Shown: positions 30,491-41,317, numbered from the stretch's first letter. The stretch: DNA of 64,000 nucleotides from an uncultured Candidatus Saccharibacteria bacterium (GCA_963456375.1 CAUOLH010000005.1:5912-69911), one strand, 5' to 3'. Made by a program: numbers and translations. Notes: generated from the sequence alone by a model not told the origin.

Positions 30491-31624
30491 TTAACTTTCG
30501 CTTTTCAATTTCTTCACTAATTTACTTAGCGGTTTTTCGCTCTCGACACGGTTAGTTTTGGCTTGCTCCAGATAGTTTTCCAGTAAAACTTTCGCAGCGC
30601 CAGCCGCCGGAATAGCGACCAAACCGCCCAGCAAGCCGCCAACGTACAAGCCAATTGTCACCGCCACTAAAACCGTCAACGCCGACAGTTCAACTTTCTT
30701 CGACTGGATTGACGGTGAAACGAAATTATTTTCAATTTGCTGGTAAACAACGAAATAAATAGCGTAAATAATACCGGCAGTTACGTCATTAAACAGCAGC
30801 AGCAGCGATATCAGCGCGCCGGCTATCGTCGCACCGAACATCGGAATAAGCGTTAAAATAAACGTCGCCATGACCGTTAACATTGCCAAATTTGAATTAA
30901 CTACAGGGAAAGTCAAGCTCAATACAAACACCACGAACCCTGACAGCACCGCATCGATGCCCGACACTGTCAATTGCCCGGAAACATAGCCCGTCACCAC
31001 ATTATACATGCGGCCGACCAGTTTCTTATGACGCTCCATTTTCTCTTGGTCGTTATACAGACCCCACAGCCGCCTGACCCACGTCGGGCCCTCCAGCAAC
31101 ATTAAAAACGACATCACCAGTACCAGAAACAGCGATGTTAAAAACGAAGCCAGCGAGCCGACGCTGCTTAAAATATTCGTACCGACGCTAGCTGCCCATG
31201 ACGAAGATTGCTGCTTGAGATTCTCCAACATGGCATCAACCTGCGGACGCAGATTATTCTTATCGATAAAACTATTAACGCCGTGCCACTGCGAACCAGC
31301 TTGGTCAATTAAGCTCGGCATACTTTCGACAAATTTAGCGGATTGCTGGACAATTGGCGGCACCACGAACCACACCACGCAGCCCAGCAGCAGAATCAGC
31401 GTAACATACGCCAGCGCCGTGCCGCCGAGCCGGCTTTTACCAGGCAATTTTCTAGCAATTGCCGCCACCGGACGATTCAATGCCAGCGCCAGGAACAGAG
31501 AAACTCCCAGTAAAATCAGCGCATCCTTCGCCGAATAAATCGCCAGTCCCGCCAGCCCGAATCCAATAACCACCAGCCAAAACCGCACAAATGTTTTAGT
31601 GTCTATTTCAATGCGTACTTTCAT
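30491..31624 (-). CDS. AI-2E family (PerM-like) transporter
   Basis: Multi-TM; LIPMFG and QQIENNFVSP motifs. Confidence 0.9.
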   Translation of the reverse strand: MKVRIEIDTKTFVRFWLVVIGFGLAGLAIYSAKDALILLGVSLFLALALNRPVAAIARKLPGKSRLGGTALAYVTLILLLGCVVWFVVPPIVQQSAKFVESMPSLIDQAGSQWHGVNSFIDKNNLRPQVDAMLENLKQQSSSWAASVGTNILSSVGSLASFLTSLFLVLVMSFLMLLEGPTWVRRLWGLYNDQEKMERHKKLVGRMYNVVTGYVSGQLTVSGIDAVLSGFVVFVLSLTFPVVNSNLAMLTVMATFILTLIPMFGATIAGALISLLLLFNDVTAGIIYAIYFVVYQQIENNFVSPSIQSKKVELSALTVLVAVTIGLYVGGLLGGLVAIPAAGAAKVLLENYLEQAKTNRVESEKPLSKLVKKLKSES

Positions 31625-31626
31625 AC

Positions 31627-32859
31627 TTAAACTTTATCAGCTTTTCGCTTCATCCGCAACGCTGACAGAGATAACTTGCTGTCATACGACATCGCGCCGT
31701 AGCGGAAAATCCGCACTGCCAGCCACAAGACAAACACTGCCGCCACGATCAAAAGCGCCACCCCCAGCAAACCTTCCCAAGCCGGCAAATTGCCAACCGC
31801 ATTCCTGAGCAGCAGCGGAATCGGCGCCGTGAACGGAAACAGCGATAAGAACTTGACGAATGGCGAATCAGGGAAGGAAACGAACGCCGTAATGCCGTAA
31901 AACGGCCCAAATATCAGCATAATCACCAAGCCAAACCACTGGCTAGCTTCCTTGGCAGTCGGCATCATCGCACCCAAAGTCACCAGCATGCCGGTAAACA
32001 TCATAAAGCTCGCCAGAAAAATCACCAGCGCCAAGCCAATCCGCACCGGATCAAATACCAATAAGCTTAAATCCATATTCGGCAGCTGCAGCTTTGAGCC
32101 GAACGCCAAGTAACCCGCCGCCACCGGCAGAACAATCACCAACATCTGAATCAACGCCAGCACCATCAGCGATAGAATTTTGCCAGTGATCAGCGTATCG
32201 GTTTTTACCATCGTCAGCAGCATCTCCACCGTGCGGTTTTCCTTTTCCTCGGTGGAGCTGGTTAGCATTTGGTTGCCAAAGAAAGTAACCAGCATAAAGA
32301 AAATCACTAAAAATAGCCCCGGCGCAATCATCTCGTTAATACCGCCGTGCTCCTTGCCATCCAGATAAGTAGTTGACGATAATTGAACTTTGTTTTGTAG
32401 AATGGCGACTTGCGCTTGGCTGACACTGCTGGCTACTGATTGGCTTAGTAAGCTTTGCGCCACTGCGCCGTATTTGCCGTTCTGAAACAACCCGACATCC
32501 TTACCGTAAACTTCAACTTTTTGCTTGCTAATATCCTTCGGGAAGTAAATATAAGCGTCAATTTTGCCGTTTTTTACGTCGTTGATTCCAGCTTCTTTCG
32601 ACTCGACAGTTTTCGTCTTAGCCGCCATGAGTAGCTCTGGTCTGACAAGTTTTGAATCGTCAGTAACCGCCAGCGAAAATTCCTGTTTTTCCAATTCCTT
32701 CGCCGCTTGCATCGTCGTACTTTGCGACCAAAACATAATGCCATATAGCGCCGCAAACATCAATGGAAAACCTAGCGCCATCAGCCAAAAAGTCGGCTTT
32801 TTCAGTACCCGGATAGTCTCAAACTTGAAAACTGTCCCCAAATTATGCATTTTACTCAT
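31627..32859 (-). CDS. ABC-2 type permease (NatB/YhaP-like)
   Basis: EEKENRTVEMLL motif, TM pattern; start at ATG 32859 overlapping the upstream ATPase gene. Confidence 0.9.
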   Translation of the reverse strand: MSKMHNLGTVFKFETIRVLKKPTFWLMALGFPLMFAALYGIMFWSQSTTMQAAKELEKQEFSLAVTDDSKLVRPELLMAAKTKTVESKEAGINDVKNGKIDAYIYFPKDISKQKVEVYGKDVGLFQNGKYGAVAQSLLSQSVASSVSQAQVAILQNKVQLSSTTYLDGKEHGGINEMIAPGLFLVIFFMLVTFFGNQMLTSSTEEKENRTVEMLLTMVKTDTLITGKILSLMVLALIQMLVIVLPVAAGYLAFGSKLQLPNMDLSLLVFDPVRIGLALVIFLASFMMFTGMLVTLGAMMPTAKEASQWFGLVIMLIFGPFYGITAFVSFPDSPFVKFLSLFPFTAPIPLLLRNAVGNLPAWEGLLGVALLIVAAVFVLWLAVRIFRYGAMSYDSKLSLSALRMKRKADKV

Positions 32860-33601
32860 CGCCCAACTCCTTTGCTTCGCCGCCGTACACTTTAACAAAA
32901 ATATCATCCATTGATGCGCCGCCGAACTGTTTTTTCACCTCTGCCAGCGTGCCGTACGCCGCCGCTTGGCCGTCTTTTAATAGAATCAGCCGATCGCACA
33001 GCTGTTCGACTTCTTCCATCTGGTGCGTCACGTAAATAATCGTCGCGCCAGCCTTGCGCCGCTCCTCAATGATATTCATCAGCAGCCGCCGATTGACCGG
33101 ATCAAATCCCTTGGTCGGCTCGTCCATGATTAGCAGTTCCGGATCGCCCATAATGGTCACGCCCAGCTGAATTTTTTGCTGCTGGCCGCCGGAAAGCTTG
33201 TCCAGCCGCATACCAGCTTTATCAATCAAATTAACGCGCTTCAGAAAGCTCAGAGAAAATTCCTTCGCTTCGTCGCGGCTCAAACCTTTCAGCTGGCCGA
33301 AATAAATCATCACATCCAGCACTTTTTCCTTTTTATACAGCCCGCGCTCTTCCGGCAGATAACCGAGGTTAATCTGGCTATCTACCGCATACGGCTTACT
33401 GTCAATCAGCAGCTCGCCCGCCGTCGGCTCGTATAGCCCCAGCAGCGCCCTGAGCGTCGTGGTTTTTCCCGAACCGTTGCTACCGAGAAAGCCAAACACT
33501 TCTCCCTGAAAAACGTCAAAGCTCAAATCTTTAATAACTGTTTTATTGCCAAATTTCATCTTAAAATGACGAATTTCAACAATTTTTTTCCTATCCGGCA
33601 T
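32852..33601 (-). CDS. ABC transporter ATP-binding protein
   Basis: GSNGSGKTT, LSGGQ, MDEPT, VTH. Confidence 0.95.
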   Translation of the reverse strand: MPDRKKIVEIRHFKMKFGNKTVIKDLSFDVFQGEVFGFLGSNGSGKTTTLRALLGLYEPTAGELLIDSKPYAVDSQINLGYLPEERGLYKKEKVLDVMIYFGQLKGLSRDEAKEFSLSFLKRVNLIDKAGMRLDKLSGGQQQKIQLGVTIMGDPELLIMDEPTKGFDPVNRRLLMNIIEERRKAGATIIYVTHQMEEVEQLCDRLILLKDGQAAAYGTLAEVKKQFGGASMDDIFVKVYGGEAKELGDE

Positions 33602-33694
33602 GTACTCTCCTTTTCTTTGAAGAAAATTATAGCACTATCCCGCCCGAGCTGCCAAACCGCTATCCTAACTCACCAAATGGCGTATAATAGTTAT

Positions 33695-34363
33695 ATGCGG
33701 CTGCTAGTTATCGAAGACGAACGAAAAATTGCCCGAGTCATCGCCGAGGCGCTCAAACGCGAGACATACGCCGTTGACGCTGTACACGACGGGGAAGAGG
33801 GCTTTAATTTGGCAGACAGCCAGCCGTACGATTTACTGATTGTTGATCGAATGCTGCCGGGCATGGAGGGCGCGGAAATTGTTAAAAAATTGCGTAAAAA
33901 CGGTAAAAATATGCCGATTTTATTCCTCACAGCGCTGGGCACCACCGAAGATAAAACCTTCGGGCTGGACGCCGGCGCGGATGATTATTTGGTTAAGCCG
34001 TTTGCTATCGACGAGCTGCTGGCACGAGTCCGAGCCTTACTGCGCCGGCCGCCAATTCAGCAGCCGGATGTTCTAAAAATTGCCGATTTGACGATTGATA
34101 AGCAGCAGCAAACCGTGATGCGCGCTGGAAAGACTATTGACTTAACTAGCAAAGAATACGCGCTGCTGGAATATTTAATGCAGCACCCGAACCAGATTCT
34201 CAGCAAGGAAACGCTAATCGATCATGTTTGGGATTTTGATGCCGATATTTTACCGAACAATGTCGAGGCGTACATAAAAAACTTGCGCCAAAAAATCGAT
34301 AAGCCGTTCAAAAAACAATTGATAAAAACCGTCCGCGGTTTCGGTTACCGGATTGAAGCATGA
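33695..34363 (+). CDS. OmpR/PhoB-family response regulator
   Basis: LVIEDE, D.MLP, GADDYLVKPF, TVRGFGY; start ATG 33695, 6 nt after TATAAT. Confidence 0.96.
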   Translation: MRLLVIEDERKIARVIAEALKRETYAVDAVHDGEEGFNLADSQPYDLLIVDRMLPGMEGAEIVKKLRKNGKNMPILFLTALGTTEDKTFGLDAGADDYLVKPFAIDELLARVRALLRRPPIQQPDVLKIADLTIDKQQQTVMRAGKTIDLTSKEYALLEYLMQHPNQILSKETLIDHVWDFDADILPNNVEAYIKNLRQKIDKPFKKQLIKTVRGFGYRIEA

Positions 34364-35310
34364 AAATTTTTACCTCGGCAACTATTAAATTGGCGGGCTG
34401 GTATTTACTGATTTTAATGGTCGTCAGCCTGTTGTTTAGCAGTATTATTTTTCAAGTGGCGCGCTCGGAAGTTGACGCGCAAATCCATAAAATTATCATC
34501 CAGCGCGGCAACGATTTTCCTAGCATTGACTTGTCGGAACGAATGGATATTTCGACGCGCAATCTGCTGATTAGCTTGGGCTATATCAATCTCATCGTGC
34601 TGCTGGCAGGCGGCGCTTGCTCGTATTTATTGGCGAGGATTACGCTGCGACCGATTGAGGCGGCGCATAAAGCCCAGTCGCGGTTCGTTTCCAACGCCAG
34701 TCATCAGCTGCGCACGCCGCTGGCAATTATGAAAGCAGAAACCGAACTGGCGCTGAAAAACCCGAAGGCGCCGCGGGCGGAACTAACGGAAACGCTGGAA
34801 AGCAATTTGGAGGAAATCAACAAATTGACCGAGCTAACCGCCATGCTTTTGGAGCTGTCGCGAACAGAAAACAGGCTGGCGCTGGAAGATAAAAGTTTCG
34901 ACTTGGCAGAATTGATATCCAATCTCATCCGCGAACGAAAAGCCGAAACCCGCACGGAAATGAATTGTCCGGAACACACAAATATCTCTCTTCACCAAGC
35001 CGCAACGCGGGAGCTGTGCGCGATTTTACTTGACAATGCATTAAAACACAGTCCGAAAAATTCGCCGGTAAAAATCCAGGTGCTGCCATCGAAACAGAAT
35101 ATCACCGTGCATTTTACTAACGACGGCGCAATTTCCCAGCAGAATCTGCCGCACGTGTTTGAGCAGTTTTTCCGCGGCAACCAGCGGACGAAAGGCTATG
35201 GATTGGGACTGCCGCTGGCGGAACAATTGACCAGGGCTTTGGGCGGACAAATCTCTGTTACCACCATAAAAGGCTCGACAGTTTTTACCATTTCTTTGCC
35301 AATTGTTTAG
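34360..35310 (+). CDS. Sensor histidine kinase
   Basis: Two TMs, ASHQLRTPL H-box, LLDNALKH N-box, GYGLGL G2 box. Confidence 0.95.
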   Translation: MKIFTSATIKLAGWYLLILMVVSLLFSSIIFQVARSEVDAQIHKIIIQRGNDFPSIDLSERMDISTRNLLISLGYINLIVLLAGGACSYLLARITLRPIEAAHKAQSRFVSNASHQLRTPLAIMKAETELALKNPKAPRAELTETLESNLEEINKLTELTAMLLELSRTENRLALEDKSFDLAELISNLIRERKAETRTEMNCPEHTNISLHQAATRELCAILLDNALKHSPKNSPVKIQVLPSKQNITVHFTNDGAISQQNLPHVFEQFFRGNQRTKGYGLGLPLAEQLTRALGGQISVTTIKGSTVFTISLPIV

Positions 35311-35387
35311 ATTTTCAGCTAATTTTCAGAATCGGATGTTGTAATGGGATTATTGATTGGTTGGATTGCCAGTCTGAAAGGGGAAGT

Positions 35388-35846
35388 ATGAGTACAACAT
35401 TTTTAAGCAAAAAAGGATTTAAGGAACTGCATAAGGAGATCTCGCGCTTGGAGATTGAAGAAAAGTCGCTGATCGCCGAGCTGAAAGAAATCGGGCGCGC
35501 CAAGTCCCGCGACGATAAATTGCATCGCAGCGACGTCATCATCAGCCTGGAGAACGTCCAGTCCCGGCTGAGCCTGAAGAGAGAAACCGCCAAAACCGCC
35601 AAACCACTGCCGCGCAAACGCGACCGGCTGAAGATTGCGCTGGGTTCGGTGGTGGATTTGATGGATCAGCACGGGCAAATGTTCCGCTATAGGCTGGTTC
35701 ACAGCCTGGAGGCTAATCCGCTGGACGGGCGAATTTCTGTAGACAGTCCGCTGGGTAAAAGCCTATTGAACCACAAAGCGTCAGAAACCGTTTCCTGGAA
35801 AAACGGCTCCGCCAGCCGCCAGCTGCAAGTCCTGAATATCAGCTAA
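35388..35846 (+). CDS. GreA/GreB-family protein
   Basis: N-terminal coiled coil; EANPLDGRISVDSPLGKSLL C-terminal motif. Confidence 0.85.
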   Translation: MSTTFLSKKGFKELHKEISRLEIEEKSLIAELKEIGRAKSRDDKLHRSDVIISLENVQSRLSLKRETAKTAKPLPRKRDRLKIALGSVVDLMDQHGQMFRYRLVHSLEANPLDGRISVDSPLGKSLLNHKASETVSWKNGSASRQLQVLNIS

Positions 35847-35902
35847 ATCGTTCAAGTTCAAGCGCCTGTCTATATTCAGGCAGCGATTGTCCACTATAAA
35901 TC

Positions 35903-35932
35903 AATAGCCTCCGCGCCTTGGAGGCTATTTTT
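35903..35932 (+). terminator. Intrinsic terminator
   Basis: AATAGCCTCC / GGAGGCTATT stem plus T tract. Confidence 0.85.
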
Positions 35933-36033
35933 TATTTTCTATTCATTTTCCCGCGATTTTTCATGATTTTACTTATTTTTACCTCATTTTCACCCTATTT
36001 TTGCCTAAAATTCAAGAAAATTGCTGAAATCCA

Positions 36034-36074
36034 TTGACTTTAACATTCAGATATGATATATATATCAGCTTTTG
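36034..36074 (+). promoter_or_regulatory. TTGAC-N15-TGATATATATATCA-GCTTTTG promoter/operator, copy 2
   Basis: TTGACT at 36034; palindrome 36054-36067; 24 bp identical to 5178-5201. Confidence 0.7.
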
Positions 36075-36289
36075 TTGACGAGTTGAGTGAAAAACTCCTT
36101 GTCCGAAAGTGTATCATTGACAAGCAGATGTAAGCACGAGATGAGATCTTGATTGGTAAAGAGAGGCGTTATTAGGTTTCTTTGGCGGTTGAGACCTCGT
36201 CTCGTGTGATGTAGAGAATCACGCGTAGCTTGCTCTCCAGACGGAGAGTGGGCGGCAGTCGCCGCGAGGAAACACGAAAGGAGCCTATC

Positions 36290-36739
36290 ATGGCTCACGA
36301 CGTTGTCATCAAGATCCGAGACGCCAATGGCGACATCGTCGCCGTCGATGAGATGCCGCTGCCGAGCAGCGTCAACACCACCGACCTGGTCATCGAGACC
36401 AAGGTCGTCGACGTCCCGGCGCGCCCGCGACGGAAGGAGCGCAGCCCGCTCCACCCGCGAGCGTTGACGCTGTCCGACCTCAAGGTCGGCATGAAGATCA
36501 GGGTTTGCAGCAAGACACTTGGGATCACCAAGTACACTGCTATCATCGCTGGCAAGCCGTTCTCTGACGACAACAACATCGGAGAGAAGATTCCTCTCGT
36601 CGTTGTTGACCAGGGTCCTCTCGGATACGAGGGAGTCGGTTACCATGAGATGTACACTGGAGACATGGGTCTGACACCCTACAACAGGAGTCGCCGTTCC
36701 TGGTGGAACCCCGACTGGTACACTGTCACCGCTAGGTGA
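36290..36739 (+). CDS. Hypothetical protein (149 aa) with GC3-rich codon usage
   Basis: SD AAGGAG before ATG 36290; strong C/G third-position bias; ~220-nt hairpin-rich leader. Confidence 0.7.
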   Translation: MAHDVVIKIRDANGDIVAVDEMPLPSSVNTTDLVIETKVVDVPARPRRKERSPLHPRALTLSDLKVGMKIRVCSKTLGITKYTAIIAGKPFSDDNNIGEKIPLVVVDQGPLGYEGVGYHEMYTGDMGLTPYNRSRRSWWNPDWYTVTAR

Positions 36740-36925
36740 CCCCAGCTGAATGCGGCAAGTAGAGACGATATTGAATTAACCGATGTCGTCTTGACATCGT
36801 GTTTTCTCTTCATATCACCATCTGCTTGTCGCATTCGCTCCATAGATGCGTATCTATGCTGATGAGTCGGAAACGACGAAAGCGAATCCCGCATTTCCCG
36901 CGCGGCAAACCGCCGAAAAACCACC

Positions 36926-37108
36926 CTACAAGACGTTCTTTTTCATCAATTGAACGCGTAGATTCAGAACATCTTTCATAATATCCTGGTCGCGCTGCTG
37001 CATGACACTGCACAGCATCGCCGTCGTAGCAATTTGAATGCCAATGACCACAACAAATCCGGCGATAATCCACCGATTTTGCTTCAGCTTCTTTTTTACA
37101 TTTTTCAT
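36926..37108 (-). CDS. Small single-TM hypothetical protein
   Basis: 60 aa, basic N-terminus plus TM helix, SD AAAGGA, upstream TATAAT. Confidence 0.55.
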   Translation of the reverse strand: MKNVKKKLKQNRWIIAGFVVVIGIQIATTAMLCSVMQQRDQDIMKDVLNLRVQLMKKNVL

Positions 37109-37224
37109 GTTTTTTCCTTTGCTGGTTAGCTATATCTTTTCATTATTATATACCGTTTTACCGCCAGAACACTAATCATAAGTACAATTTACTGCCATTT
37201 CCGCGCGCCCCAGGCAGCTAGGAG

Positions 37225-37256
37225 ATATTGACATAGATTGCTATTATTGATATATA
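37225..37256 (+). promoter_or_regulatory. TTGAC-N15-TGATATATA promoter, copy 3
   Basis: 31/32 identical to 53770-53801. Confidence 0.7.
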
Positions 37257-37338
37257 AATGTGTATAACTCTTGCTTGCAGGATTCACGAAAATCTTGCAT
37301 TGCGCTAGTTTTAAATAATCGTTAACAGGAGTATTCTT

Positions 37339-37830
37339 ATGACAACTTCATCCAAAGGCTTTGAAGCGCTACCCATTAGCCAGGAGTCAACAAACCCCGA
37401 CCTCGCCGAAAATCGGACAGAGACGCGCGAGCAAGACCCAAATGTGCGGGAGTTTTCTCGCCGGGCAATAGTTGCTTTTTTTACTAACACTATTGGAGAG
37501 GAAACAGGCGAAGAAGATTTTGCCGCACACAAAGAGATATTTTCATTCATGTCATCCGATATACGAGAAAAGTTTGGACATCCACTAGATCAGGTTGCCA
37601 CCACTCCTTATAGCGACAAGGTAGTCCATGAGCTTTGTCGTGCATATATAGCGGCGCAGCATCCTCTCTTATTAAATAGAGGTCAGCCTCAGCCTGGATG
37701 TAACACAGAACAGTGGTTAGACCAGACAGCGCGTCTCGTAGCACGCGGCAATCCAGACCAAGACCTAAAGGTCAGACGATTTCCTGCAGAAATATATGCA
37801 CAACTTGTCAATCTCGTGGATTATCAATAA
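37339..37830 (+). CDS. Hypothetical protein (orphan-like)
   Basis: 163-aa ORF with SD AGGAG downstream of the shared promoter. Confidence 0.65.
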   Translation: MTTSSKGFEALPISQESTNPDLAENRTETREQDPNVREFSRRAIVAFFTNTIGEETGEEDFAAHKEIFSFMSSDIREKFGHPLDQVATTPYSDKVVHELCRAYIAAQHPLLLNRGQPQPGCNTEQWLDQTARLVARGNPDQDLKVRRFPAEIYAQLVNLVDYQ

Positions 37831-38178
37831 TATTTTTAGATAATACTCCGCCACCCTACCTGTTAGTAACATACCAAGCGGTTGGCGTGTTTTCCTATGA
37901 TGGAAATATACCCAGAATCGTCTAGCCAAAGTACACATAATACCGACAAGAAATAACAGAACGCACGAAAAACGAGACTGGGGAGCGTCTGGCGAAGTAC
38001 GCTATGTCTCTGCTTCGCCTCAAATCTGCTTCATCATGCAGGCATTTTTACAGTTACCCCGTACAAATCCCCCTACCTTTGCAATGGCTAATAAGGAGTT
38101 CGCAGGTTTATTCCTAAATGGATTCTATCAAGCAGCTAAAATCTCGACACCCGGCAGTTTTTACCATATAATCAGCTT

Positions 38179-40695
38179 ATGGTTTTTTATACTATTTCTG
38201 CCGATGAGGCGCTAAAAAAGCTGCATACGCGCGCTGGCGGGCTCAGCGCTGCCGAAGTCAAACGCCGCCAAAAACAATACGGATTGAACATTATCAATAT
38301 CAAGTCTGAACCGCTTTGGAAAAAGATTTTAGAGCCGTTTATGGATGTGTTCGTGGTGATTTTGGCAGCCGCCGCCGCAATTAGTTTGCTCCACGGCGAG
38401 GCGATTGACGCAGTTATTATCTTCATCATCATCGCGGTTTCTGCCGTTATTTTTTATGTCCAGCGTTTTTCAACCGACCGGGTACTACGCAGCCTGTCGC
38501 GCCGCGACGCCCAAAAAATCGACGTGCTGCGCGCCGGAAAAGTTACTGCCGTGGACAGCTCGCAGCTGGTGCCGGGCGATATCGTCAATTTATCCGAAGG
38601 CGAGAAAGTCCCCGCCGATATCCGCCTGATTAAGACCGCCAATTTGCGGGTTGACGAGGCGCAGCTGACTGGCGAATCTGTGCCAATTTCTAAAAATATC
38701 GAGGTGCTGGACGGAAAAAAAGAAATTTACGAGCAAACCAACATGCTATTCCAAGGTTCTTTCGTGGTATCCGGCACAGGCGCTGGCGCGGTAATCGCCA
38801 CCGGCAATGATACTGAGTTCGGCAATCTGGCAATGCTGTCCAAAAAAGAAGCCGCTAAAAGCCCGGTTCAGCAGAAAATCGACAAGCTAATTACCAAAAT
38901 TATCGCGGCAGTGGGCAGTATCTCGCTGGTGGCGTTCGGGCTGAGTTTGCTGCGCGGCATGGATTTTTTGGATAGCCTGAGATTTGTCATGGCGCTGGCA
39001 GTCAGCGCCGTGCCGGAAAGCTTGCCAATTGCTATTTCCGTGGTGCTGGTCTTAGGAATGCGGCGGATGGCTGCTAAAAAAGCGCTGGTTCATCAAATGC
39101 GGGCGATTGAGACGATCGGCGTCATTACTACCATTGCCACAGATAAAACTGGCACGCTGACGAAAAATCTGCTGACGGTGCAAGATACTTGGACGCTGGA
39201 AAAGCATAACAATTTGGCGAAGTTGATGGCGTATTTCGTAAATCGCGGCGATAGTAAAAGCCACGATCCGCTGGATATCGCGCTGGATAATTTTGCTCGG
39301 AAAAACAATGCCGGTGTTCGCGGTCTACCAGCAGCAGAGCTGCCGTTCAACCAGGAATTCTCGATGTCGGCGACGGTTTGGCATCATGGCGCGGATTATA
39401 AAGTGTATTACAAAGGGGCGCCAGAAGAAATCATCAAGCGCTGCAAATTGCCGGCAGCGGAAGCTAGGCGCGCCAAGCGGGCGATTGGCGATTTGACGTC
39501 GCAGGGCTACCGCGTCGTGGGTTTAGCGGCCAGCGACACCTCAGAAATCCTGACAGATTTTTCGCAAATTTCGCGCCAAAAATTGCGGTTCGCCGGACTG
39601 GCGGCGGTGGCAGACGTCCTGCGTCCAGAGGCAGCACGAGCCATCAAATCAGCGCTGGCGGCGGGGGTTTCCGTACGCATGATCACCGGCGACCACTTCG
39701 AGACGGCATACCAAATTGGCAAGAAACTTGGCATGGTAAAAGACAGGGAAGAGGTTTTCGATTGCCGAGAAATGTCGAAGATGACCGACGACGAACTAGA
39801 CGAAATCATTGAGCGGACAAAGGTTTTCTCGCGCGTTATCCCGGAACAGAAATACCGGATTTTAACCATCTTAAAGCGCCATAACATCACCGCCATGACT
39901 GGCGACGGCGTTAACGATGTACCGGCGCTATCCGGCGCGGACGTCGGGATTGCCATGGGTTCAGGATCACATATCGCCAAAGATGCCGGCGCGATAATCC
40001 TGCTGGACGACAATTTTAAGACGATTATCGACGCCATGAAAGAAGGCCGCACGATTATCGCCAACGTGCGGCGAATGCTGTTTTACTTGTTATCAACCAA
40101 CACCGGCGAGCTAATCACCATGATCGGCGCGCTGCTAATCGGCATTAAAACTCCGCTGGAGCCAGTGCAGATTTTATGGGTCAATTTGGTAACCGACACG
40201 TCGATGGTCATTCCGCTAGGACTGGAACCTGCAGAAAAGAACACCATGAAACAGCCGCCAAAGCAACCTGACGCGCCAATTCTGGAGCAAAAAATGATCT
40301 GGCGGATGTGTATTGTCGCCTTGACGATGTCGTCGCTGGCTCTCGGCGTTTATGTCATATTTGAAAAAAGCCGCGGCCACGACTATGCGCAGACGCTGGC
40401 TTTCGTTTCGCTGGTGGTCAGCCAATGGGCCAATGCGTTCAACGCCCGCAGCGACCAAGATTCGATATTTGTACGCCTGAAAGTAATGAACCGTAGCTTC
40501 TACTTTGGCATGATCTTATCCGTGGCTCTGCAGATGCTGGCGCTATTCGGCCCGCTCGGCGAGGTGCTTCACATCAAACCTGTTGAACCAATACACCTGG
40601 CGCTAATAAGCATAACTGCGTTCGCTGTGCCGATTGGAACATGCGAACTGCATAAATTGCTTAGTAGACGCCAGGCGAGGGGGTTTGGTAGATAA
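38179..40695 (+). CDS. Cation-transporting P-type ATPase (P2A-like)
   Basis: TGES, AVSAVPE, DKTGTLT, KGAPE, TGD, TGDGVNDVP, LWVNLVTD. Confidence 0.97.
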   Translation: MVFYTISADEALKKLHTRAGGLSAAEVKRRQKQYGLNIINIKSEPLWKKILEPFMDVFVVILAAAAAISLLHGEAIDAVIIFIIIAVSAVIFYVQRFSTDRVLRSLSRRDAQKIDVLRAGKVTAVDSSQLVPGDIVNLSEGEKVPADIRLIKTANLRVDEAQLTGESVPISKNIEVLDGKKEIYEQTNMLFQGSFVVSGTGAGAVIATGNDTEFGNLAMLSKKEAAKSPVQQKIDKLITKIIAAVGSISLVAFGLSLLRGMDFLDSLRFVMALAVSAVPESLPIAISVVLVLGMRRMAAKKALVHQMRAIETIGVITTIATDKTGTLTKNLLTVQDTWTLEKHNNLAKLMAYFVNRGDSKSHDPLDIALDNFARKNNAGVRGLPAAELPFNQEFSMSATVWHHGADYKVYYKGAPEEIIKRCKLPAAEARRAKRAIGDLTSQGYRVVGLAASDTSEILTDFSQISRQKLRFAGLAAVADVLRPEAARAIKSALAAGVSVRMITGDHFETAYQIGKKLGMVKDREEVFDCREMSKMTDDELDEIIERTKVFSRVIPEQKYRILTILKRHNITAMTGDGVNDVPALSGADVGIAMGSGSHIAKDAGAIILLDDNFKTIIDAMKEGRTIIANVRRMLFYLLSTNTGELITMIGALLIGIKTPLEPVQILWVNLVTDTSMVIPLGLEPAEKNTMKQPPKQPDAPILEQKMIWRMCIVALTMSSLALGVYVIFEKSRGHDYAQTLAFVSLVVSQWANAFNARSDQDSIFVRLKVMNRSFYFGMILSVALQMLALFGPLGEVLHIKPVEPIHLALISITAFAVPIGTCELHKLLSRRQARGFGR

Positions 40696-40807
40696 TATAA
40701 ATTATCTAGTTATTTGCTGTTTTCTAATCTGACTCAGGGTCGGCGCTTTCAGGATCGCCAGGTGTTACTATGCTGAATTCGGCGGCAGAATTAGGAAGAA
40801 AGGTTTT

Positions 40808-41317
40808 CTACTTGCCCGTATGTGTAACGCTTACATCACTAACGCCATCAATTGCATTTGTGCGTACACAAACCGTAGTTGCGCCTCCTCGAAAAACATC
40901 TACCGGTTGCAGAGAAGTCATCGAAGCCGCAGACGCATCACCACCTACTTCTTTAAAAAATCCTCCTACCCTTCTCTGATCTTCTTTATTCATTACGACA
41001 GTACCCGGCATACCCGGCACAGACTCCGGGCTACCAATCTCAAACTCCTGGCAGGTAACTTCTGTAGTGTTTGCTTTCACCACTTCAGCAGCGTGACCAA
41101 CACCGAACATTCCGCCTACCGCGACAGCAATCGCTGCTGCTGCTCCCAAGCCGCGGCGAACAAACTCTTTGATACGCCCGTTTTTTTCATGACCCAGCTC
41201 AGAGCGACCATTTTGATCGTCTTTAGGCGCTTCAAGAGTTCTTTGACCAAATTGTTCGCCTGGACCTACTACCTTAACTGGTGTCCAGCCATCTGGACTT
41301 GGTAATTATTTTCTCAT
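40808..41317 (-). pseudogene. Single-TM hypothetical gene with premature stop at codon 4
   Basis: SD AAGGAG + ATG at 41317, TAA at 41308-41306, then 52 open codons in frame with the 41149-40808 ORF. Confidence 0.6.

Noticed and set aside
36065..36646. 193-aa minus-strand ORF
   Set aside because: Antisense shadow of the GC3-rich plus-strand gene, which has the promoter and SD
37831..38170. Possible degraded ORF in the intergenic region
   Set aside because: Only short broken frames without recognisable motifs; cannot be supported
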